A stretch of DNA of 64,000 nt from Vezdaea acicularis (taxonomy: Eukaryota): contig JAPEUI010000024.1 of assembly GCA_026025075.1 (NCBI GenBank), forward strand, positions 1 through 64,000, written 5' to 3'. Below the pieces are notes generated by a model. That model was not told where the DNA came from and did no database searches. It saw only the letters and a program-made list of their open reading frames with translations. Shown here in pieces: positions 1 through 12,239 of the stretch. A program made the position numbers and the translations under genes. Every line of letters starts with the position of its first letter. Position 1 is the stretch's first letter.

Positions 1-542
1 CTTAAAGCGGAGCCGAAGTTAAGGGCCAACAAGCAAGGCCAGCCGGGGGGTTTCGCTTGTGATCCGATCGTCTGTTTCCGGATCGCGTAAGTTTGACATT
101 CAACCTGACCCTCCTTCGTCCGTTTTTTGCCCCCCCCCCGTCAGCCAAGAATCCTGTTCAAGTTCGCTCTCTCAGCAACAACAACCTGCTTCTTCCCTGT
201 CCTTGCCGCTTCCCGGGCGCGTTGCGAGACGGTCGATCCACTTTCCCTCCCCGCCGCTCCTCCTTCCGTCCGTCTGTTCCAGGACCCGCGCCCGGAGATT
301 AAACCGCGGCTCCACCTGCTCTGTATACGCCAAGGAATCTCCCCCTCTCCCCGCCCATAACCGCGAGAGGAGGACGTTGTCGACGGGCGCCCCGTGGGCG
401 TCGAGTGTATACTACACAACGGTACATCCACCGGAGAGACATGGTCCTGTCACCTCCCCCTCCTCCTTCTCCGCCCTCCGCAACGGCTACCACGCATCAC
501 CCTTCAAATCTCCACACTCGGTACCGCCATAGCGGACGAGGA

Positions 543-544
<2 letters not shown>

Positions 545-574
<30 letters not shown>
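545..574. repeat. (AG)15 microsatellite
   Basis: Uninterrupted AG dinucleotide run read directly. Confidence 0.95.
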
Positions 575-577
<3 letters not shown>

Positions 578-815
578 CGGTCGCGCCCTCCCTCCCCCCC
601 CTGGTCCGTGGTCTGGCGCCGGCAAGGCGCTCGCTTCATCTGTACCTCCGATCGAGCTTCGTTCGGCGACTTACTTGTCTAGAAATACGCCCTCTCATAT
701 CTCGCTCGTGCTCTCGCTCTTGCTCGAGCCATGACCGCAGATATTCTTCACCCCGAGACGGGATTCCGGCGCGGGGAACAAGTGAATGCTTGATCATCCG
801 GGCGCGGAACTCATA

Positions 816-843
816 CCCCCCCCCCCCCCCCCCCCCCCCCCCC

Positions 844-874
<31 letters not shown>
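816..874. repeat. Poly-C tract C28-A-C30 (poly-G on the minus strand)
   Basis: Counted directly: C at 816-843, A at 844, C at 845-874. The length could be affected by sequencing or assembly error. Confidence 0.9.
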
Positions 875-1847
875 TTTTCTTGACGGCTGTAACTTGCTGC
901 GTGGGCCTGTGATATTTCGTCCCCTTTTAACCTGTTATTCTGCAGGCTGGATAGACTGCACCGCACTGACTCAGCCATCAAAGCTGTTCTTCTCAGCGCG
1001 CCGTCCATCCAGCGTTTCTCAGCGGCACTCGGCCCATCTGTCCGGGCCAGTGGACTCGGCTCGATGACGCTCTCCGGGTCATTGGAATGGTATGAGTCTT
1101 GTCGACTGCTGCTGCTGCGGCTACTATCACTGTCAGAGAGATGGCGGAGAGGCGTCTTGCACGAAATGCCCCCATTATGCGGGTCTGCACTTTGTCTCTT
1201 CGATGGACCAAGCCTTGATGTGGGCGGTGCGTTCATTCGCTGTGTCCCTTGCTGGCTGGGCGAACGTGTGGGATCTAGCGTCTGGAGGCTGATACTGGGA
1301 TCGAGGAGGAGCTGTCGTCAGGCCTCTTACCCTGAGAGAGAGAGAGAGCAGATATGTCCAACCCCCCCGCCCCAAGAGCACGACGTCGAGAAGAGAATGT
1401 TCCTGAACGGAGAACACTCGATAGAGAAGGATGCAGCGTACGGGGATTGTATGAATATAATATCCTGATCCCCCCCCCCCGTGCGGTTAGTCGGACGTCC
1501 CCCCCCAGTCTTTCTCTTTCAAGCCTCTCCTTAAACCATTCCCATTCTTCCTCCCTCCCCCGCTTTCCTCCTCTTCTCACATATACCCCACGAGCATACT
1601 TACCTACCCATCCACCCATCTACTCACCCAACCCTACATCCACATCCACATCCCCACCTCAAACCAAGCTCCCCCGTCATACCCTCCATACATATCCTCC
1701 GCAGCTCCTTCTCGCCGCATGATCGCCGTAACCGCCTGACTGTCTTGCCGTCTCTGTCTATCTCTATTATCTCCATCCATCTCCATCCATCAGAGTCATA
1801 TGCCAGCAAGGCCTTTCTTTAGTTGCTTAGACGCCGCGTTTTTAGTA

Positions 1848-1851
<4 letters not shown>

Positions 1852-1896
<45 letters not shown>

Positions 1897-2009
1897 TCTT
1901 TCTCGTCGGAGGAGGATTTCTCAATAAGCAAGTCACATCCATCATCATTATCATCATCATCATCATCACCATCACCATCATCACCATCATCATCATCACC
2001 ATCATCATC
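1852..2009. repeat. (TC)n microsatellite (1852-1893) followed by an imperfect (CAT/CAC)n trinucleotide array (1940-2009)
   Basis: Read directly from the sequence. Confidence 0.9.
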
Positions 2010-2351
2010 GAGAAGAAACCCGTACATGGCAAGAATCATAGCTCCTACCTATCCTTTCTCACTCAATACTCGAGTGTTTCTAGAACACGCGCGCAAGAGA
2101 GAGAAAGGGAGAGAGAAATGCAATGATTGGCTTCTCTAATGCCATGCCCATGGTCACCCTCATGCTAACCGCTGAGAAGGAAAAAGGGGAGGAAAGAGGG
2201 AAGGAAAGGGAAAGAGAAGAGAAGCTGTGCGTCCCCCGTAAGCATCCCGTCCGTGTTCGCAAGAAACCCGTTGGAAAAAAAGGGGGGGGGGGGAAGCAAA
2301 GGAAAAAAAGGGGGGAGAGAAAATCCAGCTTCTTTCGGGGAGGGTATTTGG

Positions 2352-2373
2352 TGGTATGGTATGGTATGGTATG
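2352..2373. repeat. (TGGTA)4 pentanucleotide repeat in the putative 3' UTR of hymA
   Basis: tggtatggtatggtatggtatg read directly. Confidence 0.8.
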
Positions 2374-2483
2374 CAAGCTACTCCTATCATCCCGATCATC
2401 CTGATCATCGCGTTATCCCGTCCCCATAACTCCGCTCAACCCCCTACCGCCCCCCCAACCCACCACCCACCAACCCAGAAACC

Positions 2484-4066
2484 CTACCCTCCCACACCAC
2501 CCGCCCCCGCACTCGCAACCGCCCCGCCATCACCAGCCGCAGAACCACTCCCACTACCACTACCACCACCAGCAACACTCCCACCAGGCCTTCCCATATC
2601 AACGGGGTGCTCGGGCAGATTTTCAATCTGGCGGATGAGGAAGGCGCGTTCGTCGAGGAACTGTTCGTCGTCGGTGCGCTCGTCCAGAAAGCCGGGCAGG
2701 AAGGCGAGAAGGCGCGTGCGGTTCGTGATCAGGATCTTTTGGACGGCGAGGGATTTGTGGGGGTTGGCGACGAAGACCTGGGTGGGGGTTTATTTGTTAG
2801 TGATGGGTTTGATAGAATGGGGCGGTTTAGGGTTTGGGGGCTATGGCAACTCCCCCCCCCCCTCCCCGGGGGAAAGCAAGGGAGGATAAAAAGGGAAGGG
2901 TTCAAGCCTACTTACTTTGAAAACGTGAAACCCTTCGTACTGAACCATCCGTCGGTTATCCTTGAGCAGCTTCATGCATATCTTCAGGTTATCGCCCTTG
3001 TCGACGTATGTAGTCATGACGGCGTAGTTGGAGCGGTCGAGCAGGAGTTCGCCGAGGAGCTTGATGGATTGGCGCTTGGTGACGTAGGACTTGCTTTGGA
3101 GGAGGGTGTTGTTGTAATGGTGGAAGAAGCGGTCGAAGTTGGTGGTGAGGAACGTCCCTACTAGGTGCTTGTGGCGAGTGAGGATTTCCTGTGGTTGCAG
3201 AGTTAGTCATATGCGGAAAGGGGGCAGAGCTCGAGGGCCTGGGCCTCCCCAGAAAATTGCACAGCCTTGAGAGGGGCAAGACACGGCCAACTCACCCTAA
3301 ACGTGGAAAAGGCGTCAGCCGAGACCTCAAACGAGCTCTCATCGATCCACTCAAAGAATCTCCAAAACACGCCCTTCCCCGTCCTCGGCACATCATGATT
3401 CCAGCCCCCCAGCCTGCCGCCCAACCCGGGCTCATCCATCAGAATAATCTCCGCGACGGGCTCCACCTTGAGCAGCTCCCTCAAGACGCCGCCGGCGAGC
3501 ATGCCCTTGTCCGCATGCTCGTACTGCATGCAGAGCTCGATGATCGTCTCCGGCCGCTTCTTCACCACGTACGTCAGCCCCGCCGACGGCTCCCCCTCCT
3601 GCGTCTGCGTCGGGTTGTGCCGCAGCGTGTAGCTGAAGATGGTCTGTGTGTCCTTGCGCGCTTCGAATGGGAAGCGGTAGAGGTTCCGGGCGAGGATGAT
3701 GAGGAGGTCTTCGCTGAGGATGTTGGCGACGAGAGCGGCGATCGTCTCGGGGCTGCTGTCGGTGTCTATGGGGGTGGAGTGGTCAGTTTGTGCGGGCTGT
3801 ATCATGGGTGCAAGCTCGGGGTTGGGGGCCAATTCATACCAGCTGTCCCTGAGAGTGTCGCTTTCATCTGGCTCATGACTCTGCCCAGCTCTTCTGCCTG
3901 TGGGGAAACCGAGTCCGAGAGTCAGCAACACACACGATGAACGTTCAGCGATTGCAAGAGAGAGGCCTACCTTCGCCGGTTGATCTAACCTAGCTATAAG
4001 ATCCTTAGCTAGCCTGGGGAGATCTGCAGTACTCTTCTGCTTGTTGCGACCAAAGAGAAACGCCAT
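2484..4066 (-). CDS. hymA: Mo25/HymA scaffold protein (RAM/MOR network), 5 exons
   Basis: Spliced translation MAFLFGRNKQKS...SFEVSADAFSTFR|EILTRHK...SYVTKRQSIKLLGELLLDRSNY...YEGFHVFK|VFVANPHKS...QFLDERAFLIRQIENL matches Mo25 family motifs. GT-AG introns present; stop TAG at 2484-2486. Confidence 0.95.
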
Positions 4067-5057
4067 TGCCTCAGAAGGAGTGAAGCTCGGAGGTCAAGTC
4101 GGCGTTCTGAATGTTTACTACTTTCCCTAGGAAAAGGAAGATAGGTAGGACGTTCGAAGCTGGCGAAAATACTTGTGATGCTACAATGAATAGCATGCAA
4201 AGTTCTGGAAAGTAGATACAGAAAATTACCAACACCTGAAGATGGCCAAAGGTGCGTAGGAAAGGGCAGTTTACGCTGCAATGCAGGTCAACAACGGCGA
4301 ACGTGGGGCAGCAAGGTTGTTTTGGAGCATAATTCAGGCTAAGCGAGGTCTGCGGCGAAACACTCTTCGAAACACCAGATTCGGTTAGCTTGCGGACATT
4401 GGTGTGAGGGATCGCTTCGCATTTCGCAGCCACTAGTATGATGAGATATGGGAGAACACTTGCTGGTGCAGCTTCTGCGTGGCTCAACCAAGAGTAAAAC
4501 CCAGCCTTTCCACTGTAGAAACAAGACCTGGTACAACAGCGGGTCTAAACATATATCACGATCAGTCCATAGTCACTGAATGCTAGGATTTTCTAGGATT
4601 TTGTACTGCTACTGCAGCGAGCAAGCGCAACTATATTCAATTGCTAGCTAACCCACGCAACAGGACAGGAGACAATGACTGCAAAGCAAAAGAAGCCTTC
4701 TACCCTTGGCTTTACAAGATGACCTCCCATTATGGTAAACCAGCGCGTACCAACCCATGCAGCAGTCCCAGCACAACAAAAAGAAAACAGGGTATCCTAC
4801 CCAGCGTCAAGTGAGGTATCAGAAAACAAAATGCAGTACAATGTGAAAGATGCAGGCCAGATTGCCGGATATCGTCGATGATGAGAGTCGTGGTGATATT
4901 TTTACAAACCAGTAGACAAAAGGAAAATCGCTGGAGGTATATCGCGTGCCAAAGCCGGTGTAAATGCTGCACGATGACGAGAGGAGACAAATCGGTCAAG
5001 GGAAGATGCAAGATGCGAGATGCGGTATGTGCAGGGACAATCAGCTTTCTGCTACGC

Positions 5058-8000
5058 TTATTCAAGCTCGCGGCTGAGGGAGCGAATTTCACTGTCTGGC
5101 AACGCGGCCATCCAGAGGCATTTCTCGAGAACGCCGGGGACGGGTTCAAATCGATAGTTGTTGCTGACTCCTATGAGGCGAATCAGCTCTTTGACGATGC
5201 CAGCAGTGGTTCGATGGCGCTCAAAGTTGACCAAAGGCGGGTCTTTTGGGGACACTGCAATTTGAGCTGGTTTTTGAGCATTAAATATTAGGTCGTGGGT
5301 ATAGACACCTAGAACTCGGTTAGTCCGCATGAAAATATGTGCGAGGCAGATTGACTTACCGAGGAACGGGATGCAGCCATCCTCGGGGGTTACGGATTCC
5401 ACTTCCACTCGAAGATTGTGGAAATTCTGAGTTGGTTGAATGATCTCCTCAAGTTTCTTTAATCTCTCAAGATCGGCCGCTGGGACTAGCTCCCACGTCT
5501 TCTTCAGTCTCGAGCAATCGTTTGAACATATCCCAAGGGTGATTTGGTACATAGTGGCGTAGTTCCTCAGCCTCCGACAATGCTCAGCGACGTGAATGTA
5601 CTTGGTGAGAGCCCAAGCTCGTTCGTCAATATTCTTAGTCAACACGATTTCTGACGTGACCCATTTGACGACAATGTCAAAACGGGCCGCAGCCAATTCA
5701 AGTGCTTTTGGCTGACCCGTGCGTAAGAAGTCGACCCAATTGCGCGAAGCTGGTGGAGAGTGATTCCAGCGGAGGTCAATTAGCTCTTTCCAATCAATCT
5801 CGTTCAGCAGGTCCTTCTCAATGAGTGTGAATTGCTGCGCCAGTACTTCCGAGTCATACTCTAGTATGTACGGGATGTGCGGTGGTTTGGTAAAGATCCG
5901 TAACGGCCGCGGCTCAATGGGGACTTTGATAGTGGAAGTATTGGATGGCTTGGGGCTTTGCGCGAAAGGTTTGTTGGCCGGCTGATGGACAGGGGACATA
6001 TCTGGTGTTGGTGGCGGCTTGTGAAACCCTCTGCTGAGGCCGACGGACGGCGTGTTAGGACTCGGATCTTGTGTCGTAGGGGGCGATGGTGGATGTCGCA
6101 AGGGATGTGTGCGTATTTTAATCTCTGGCGTCGTAGCAACAGGAACCTCGTTTTGTGGGAAGGTAGCAGAGATGGGGCTTATCGGGTCATCCGCAAAGAA
6201 ATCATCGGAGAGGTCGGACGATAGGTCGCTTATGTCCTCGTCCTCGTCCAGGAGGAAGGACTCTGCCGCAAAGTCTTTGCTTGCTTCTTTTGAACTAGAC
6301 CGCATTTCTCTTACGCTATCCGTTTCCTCTACATGTACGAGGGAAGTATGAGAAGAGTCCTTTACAGCGGGCAACCCTGGACTGAATAAGGGTTTCGGCA
6401 TTGAAGGTAGAGATACCTCCTGACTGAAAGTCTTCTCGCCCAGTGACTTGTGTGATGTCTTGCGGTCTAGAATTGGAATGGAAGAGTATGAGTCCTCGGA
6501 GTCGCTATACAACGCACTTTCAGAAGAAGGGGAAAGCCCACGACCCTGTGCAGATAGGGCTTTCGGCTGGATCCCCTTTTCGGTAGCTTTCTGCGGGCTG
6601 AGGGGTGTGGGAAGCTCGTTTGTTGTTTCGGGAATTGCCCGGGGCGGTTGCGGGCTTTCCTGATGTAGAGAACTCGAATAGAGGTCGGTCCGATCAGTAC
6701 CGTCAGTACTCCCGGAAACCTCCCTTTCTCGCACAGATATCCCAACAGATGGCTGCTCAGTAATGCCCAGGGAGCTGCTAGAATTTCGTTGCTCAAATTT
6801 GCCTTCCAGCTTGAGAAGAGCTGATTCTATGCCACCGTCATCCTCCTCATCATCTGGCAGTTGTGCCAACTTCGCAACCTCAAGCTCAAACGAAGGTCGA
6901 AGAGGAGGCTGAGACGAATGCGCCTGTACCAGAGACAATGGCTGCTTTTGCTTTGTCTGGCCCAGAGCGCTCAAAGAAAAGGTCTGACTCTGGTTTAGGG
7001 CAAAGTCTTTGCTATTGATACCAGGAGCAAGACTATCGGAAGTTCGAAGCAGCGCAGAGCTAGCTAGTGAATCTGTGTAGGTACCAATGGAACCGGTAGA
7101 CCTTGGACGGGGCAGGTGCTCCAAGTCCGCTACCTTGTCGACCGCACGCAAATCTCCACCAGGTCGTCTCCTTAGCACACGTCCGTGTCCGCTCTGTTCT
7201 AGAGCAAAGCCTGCTTCTGAACCAGAAGCCTCGGAAGCTTCAAAACTAGGGGGCCTCGCCCGTCTAGCCATACCACTTTGATACGAGGCATATCGGCGGA
7301 GAGAAACGGATCCGCTTGACTTGAAAGAATGCCCATGGCCTGGCAATGTTGGGCGTCTCAGCTGAATGGGCATCGGAATAGCGGGTGCATTGGTAATCGG
7401 TTCCTCGACCTCAAGGCCAACCGTGATTGAGACTGGCTGGTCAAGCGGTGATCCAAAGTCTTGACCAGGACTCGGGATGATGTTCTTACTTTCGTCAGTA
7501 GCGGTAGGGTCCATCTGACGAGAAGCTTGATGGGCTCGTGCCGCCTCAACTGCATCCCGGTGTGTATGGTGGCCCTCAGACCCAACCACGTCTTCGGCTG
7601 GCAAGGCCCCCGACATGACATATTCCACCATCGCGTTCGTGTCGTCAACGATCACGATAGAATCGCTGCCGTTGGATAATTGCCTTGCCATGGGATTTTT
7701 CCCGCCCTGAAGTCTCTCCTTGGAGCCTATCTCTTGGTCGAACTGGAACACATCCTTATGACTCGAACTGTTACTAACGCCTTCAATCATATTCCGAAAA
7801 TGGGTGTTGTCGTTAAGCGCTTTGTTGAAAGCCTCGACGATGAGCAGTCCCAGCCAATCCACCCTCGATTCTTTCTGTACTAGCGGCTGTGACTGGCTTG
7901 CCTCAAAAGGCATACCAGTACTACCATTCGCATCGATCGGTTTCGATATGGTAAGCCGAAAAGAATCTGCACTTATTGTATTTCGCGAATTGGAGCTGTC

Positions 8001-10389
8001 CCCAAACTTGCTGCTTAGGGCTCTTCTCATGGAATTGAACAATCTCTTCATAGCAGGCGATGAGACTGTATTCTTCGGAATTTTGGTGCCATTGATTATT
8101 GCTATGTTGTTGCCATGGAAAGCCGATTTATGGTTGGTGCGTGTCGCTACTGGAGAGGCAATTACGCCTACGAAAGGCTGTACTGGCGGAAGTAGAGTGC
8201 CTCTGATTAGACTACCGGGATAAGGCACAGTCATTCTGTGGTCGGATCCAGCAAAAGCGTTCTTTTCACTTGTCGACATCCTATCGTCACCGAGGGCATC
8301 AGAAAAGCTCCCGCACCGTCTGTGATCTAACCTTGGCCGCTTGTGGGTTGAGTTCTCCCGGTAAGAGCCTGTGTGGTACGGTCGAGAGGAGCTGGTCACG
8401 GTGGCTTTCGGTAGAGAGCTAGGAAGAGCGGGCGAATGGGATGTGACCGTTGGGTCAGCTCGGTGGAACCCGATTGGCGGCAAGGAGCAGGAAAGAGCGG
8501 GAATGCTAGTGTCGCTCATGGGAGAAACACGGCGTGCATTAACATCCGCCGTTTGAGAGGTGACATTAATGGGGACTGGCTCAGTCTCGAACATTGGTCG
8601 CCCTGCTTCATGAACTCGGTGGATCAACCCTGGAGGATGATTTGCTGATATCTCAGGTGGTCCAGACGTATCGAATTGTGGAGGCATGGTCTGTTTTGTT
8701 GGTTCGGGTAGAGGTGAAGACCAATCGCACTCTCTAGTTCCTGCAATTCCTCCGGGAAACAGGGGTATCACGGCACTTTTGTAGCCTTCGAACTGAGGAG
8801 AATCCCAGTAAAGCTTAGCGGTCTCCCTCCAGATCTTCTTAATTTCCCCAATCTCTTTTAAACCATCTAGCTGCGTCTTGAATTGATGTTGGATGTTTTC
8901 AGTAAGCGCGTTGATCATCGCACAGAACGACTTTCGAAGTTCGAGATTCGGTACAAAGTCGTCCGAGAAGTAATTGAGAATCCAGTGTCGAATGGCCACA
9001 AATGTCCGCACATTCACTATCTTTCCAGCGTCCCCTCCACGATATATTGCCCATTGCAAGCGGGTGATGAGAAATGCGACGAGGTCGGTGGGTTGGATGA
9101 AGGATCTATATACTAAGAAGAAATCTGACAGGAGTTCGTAATCAAGGAAGTTAAGGGACGTCAAATCAGCGATGATTCTAGAGGAGGTGGCGGCTATGAG
9201 GCGGCCCGTGGTTGGTGAGTACCGTACTATATCTGGACTGTTGCATTGGGGAGGAAATGTCAAGGCATCCCATATGTCCGCTTCAATGGCTGGCGAAGTA
9301 TGGTTTCCATCTATCGGTGGCCATTGTTGCGGTGCTGTTGGGTTCCAATTTGAGAGTAGGTCGTGGCCAGGTAAGTCGGAAGGTATTGGGAGAAGATTAC
9401 TAAACTCGCCTGGGGCAAAGACCGAGGACCGAATGTCATCAGTTGACGAAGAGCGAGTATAAGCTGAGCTGCGTAGGATCGCGGTTCCTCGCGCGCTGAA
9501 TCTGGGTGTGCCGAGTCGATAGTGAGGAATCGATACGTTTAAAGTTGGGATACCATAGTGATCCGCCGTTCTTGGTCGAGGGAGCGATTTCGTCCGACTC
9601 ATCACGGCGCGGAATGACTCGCCCTCTCTATCCCGAACTCCCGTTGCTTCTTCCACAGTCGAGAACGAGTGTGAACGATGACGTTTACCATCGAGGCCCA
9701 AGGAAAAGATTCCAGAGGGACGAATCATCGATGGTCGCGGCTTGTGCAGGGTGCTGTGGGATGGAATCGTGCCCGACCACTGGCTCTCCCGTTGAGATTC
9801 GCTCGGTATTACCAACGGTCGCTGCTGTTTCCTGGATGCTCCTTGAGATTGAGTCGGCGGAAAAACAAAAGATGGAGCTTGAGGTCGTTCATAAGCGGGG
9901 CGAATGTTCTTAGGGCTGAGCATTCAATTGTACGTTAGCCTAAGGACAGCATTTGGGCGACATGACGCCCCCAAGACGTGATAAAAGCAAATCTCACACC
10001 GACCTCAGATATATCATGCCATTATTCCCGACGTTTCCGACGGTGAACTGACGCCCACTTCTGCCCCCCGAACCACTTCCCGTATTTATGGTCGAGCCAC
10101 TTCCCGCGACGGTTTCCTTTGACCGGTGCCTGTCGGTGACCAGCGATTGTCGTTTCTTGATAGCCCCACCGGGCGATTCCCGCCTTTTGCTTGCTCTCCG
10201 CACTGCTGGCGCTAGTCTGATACCACCGACCGCAGTGCTCTCCGTCGTCCTTACTCCGGTTGCTGGTGTGATGCCTCCTGGACGAGTCTGCGAGAGCAAC
10301 GGACGGGACTCGAAGTCCCTCGACTCGACTCCTCCCAGCGGAGCGACAGCCACCGGCCCACGCTCCACCGGCGACGAGTCCTTCGTCAT
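5058..10389 (-). CDS. LTE1: Large Ras-type guanine nucleotide exchange factor (REM/RasGEF_N plus C-terminal CDC25 domain), Lte1-like; 5' end uncertain
   Basis: 1621-aa ORF with an REM-like segment (LDYELLSDFFLVYRSFI...VRTFVAIRHWILNYFSDDF) and a CDC25 domain (LAQQFTLIEKDLLNEIDWKELI...GCIPFLG|VYTHDL...VNFERHR). Intron at 5309-5359. A probable upstream exon lies at 9994-10389 and possibly further upstream. Confidence 0.8.
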
Positions 10390-12239
10390 CTTGGCGGGTG
10401 ATGCATGGACCGTCCTCCCAGTCTCCGACGCGAAGGGGAAGGTCGCAGTTGGCGGTCTGGCAGCGACGGCGATAAAGTCGCTATGAATAGAAATGGAAGG
10501 GATTCGAACCAGCTTCTGGTGATGCGAGCAACGCGAGCGTTACGAGGGGTGCTCGGAGTGCGTTGCGCGCCTGCCTGGGTGACCCTGCGTCGGCGTCCCC
10601 TCGACTCGTCGTTGCGAGGGCTTGCTTTTGGGATCAGATGCACCTCTCCGACGTGCGACGCATCATGATCGCCTTGGTCAGAGCTTCGTCGGCTCGCAGC
10701 AGGTACAAGTACGTCACGCGGATTCGAGGGATGTCGCGCGGAGAGTCGTGAGTGTCGGTTTGGGTCGATGGAGGAGGATAATGGATGGGAGAGCGGATGA
10801 CGACGGCCTTGGGCTCCGTAGGAGTTGGGTGACGATGGGGATGAGCGCTCCAGTCAGACGGTCAGTCAAGCCCCATCACAGTCGCAGCGGAGTCTGCTTG
10901 CTTGCTTGGGGGGCTTGGCAGCCGGCCGTGGGGCTAACGACGCGCTACCCTGGGGGCTGGCAGCCAGTGGCAGGTCGAGGGCGTGGGTGCGCGAAGCCCT
11001 CCCGCTGGACCTGATGCGGGCGAGACTGGGGCCCACGATTCGCACCGTTCCAGTCCACCGTCCTTCCAGCCGACCCAGAGGATACGATACGACACAACCA
11101 CCGCGTCAATTCTTCCATACGAGGAGGTTCCACTCAATGGCATCATCGCTCCGGCTCCATCGGCTCCGTCGGCAGGCAAACGAGCGGAGGCAAGGCCGTG
11201 ACACAGGAACCGTGGGCCGGCGGTACACTCCAGCACGGGCACGGGTCGCTAATAGACGGCGGGACAGGAACTTAATTGTGCCAATCTGCGAATGCAAAAA
11301 CAGGGCGGGAAAGAGCGATCGGAACGTCATTCGCGCTCGCCGTCGCTTCCTCTCCCGGCACTGTGGTATCGGCCAGGGAGGCCCCGGTCGCGGACAGGGG
11401 GTCGCCCTTGGGTCCCCATCCTATCACGTGCGATCCTCCCCCACACTCGCCGTCGGCCATCCCAGACTTTTCCTTTTTTCCCCCAATGCACAGAAGAATT
11501 AGAAGTCAAAACTTCCCCGACTGGCGCAACGTCAAGTGGACAGATCGAGAGGTGGGCTCGCTCAAGGAGAAGATGCTTCAGCCGTTGGCGATAAGCGCAC
11601 GCAGTCCTCGTTCAGCGGACTCGGCCCGCCACTCTCGAACCGATCCTTCCTCGATTTTTTCCTTCTATTTCAGATCGGGCCATGCTAGCGTTCAACGCAA
11701 CACCTACTTTTGTTCTAGCCCCGCCGCTGGTACCCCATCACTGGAATGACCTAACGATGAACGCTAGATACGCCGTGTCCATTCATCTTGGTGGGATACC
11801 GTCTGGACTATCCTGGAGCGAATCAGGATACATTGATCGAGTGTGGAGAACTAGCCGGATGACTTTGGGTCGAGCAATCCGGAAAACTCCAGCTGTAGGT
11901 CTGGGCTCGGTTCTGTAGATACTCTGTGAATGAATCCGATATAACTAACCATGGCCCCTTGATCCATGGCTCGTCCCGCAAGTGAGATGGGATCATCTTC
12001 AGTTCGCCTCGTGTCTAAGGGATAATAGCTGTCATGTATTGTAAAGAGAGTTTTGAATGATCCATGAACTCCGTCCATCTAGCCGCCAGAAGACTAGTGA
12101 ATTGAAATCGACTTTCAAACCCATTAGACGAAGGGCCAAGTTACTACCTGTAACATGAAAGACCAGCTTAGCTACTCTGACTGGTCTTGTCGCATGATGC
12201 CCGTCACCACGCACAGCACCTCTAACATCTCTCCCTCCT

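Noticed and set aside
1..2400. Telomerase RNA or snoRNA host hypothesis for the gene-poor first 2.4 kb
   Set aside because: No TAACCCTAA-type template and no convincing paired C/D boxes were found.
1800..2404. ORFs with poly-Ile, poly-Asp and (ER)n tracts
   Set aside because: These are translations of microsatellites with no other coding evidence.
2356..3940. Long plus-strand ORFs (177, 185 and 249 aa)
   Set aside because: Antisense shadows of GC-rich hymA exons.
3203..4066. 287-aa ORF read as a continuous protein
   Set aside because: It reads through two introns with exon 2 out of frame; the spliced model restores Mo25 similarity.
10500..10510. Perfect Pol III B-box (GGTTCGAATCC on the minus strand) suggesting a tRNA
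   Set aside because: The flanks (GCTGG / CCCTT) do not form a T-stem and I see no acceptor stem or A-box. At most an isolated TFIIIC site or chance.
10563..11918. Many overlapping 60-225 aa ORFs upstream of the RasGEF
   Set aside because: GC-rich intergenic DNA with Arg/Gly/Pro-biased translations on both strands and no recognisable domain.
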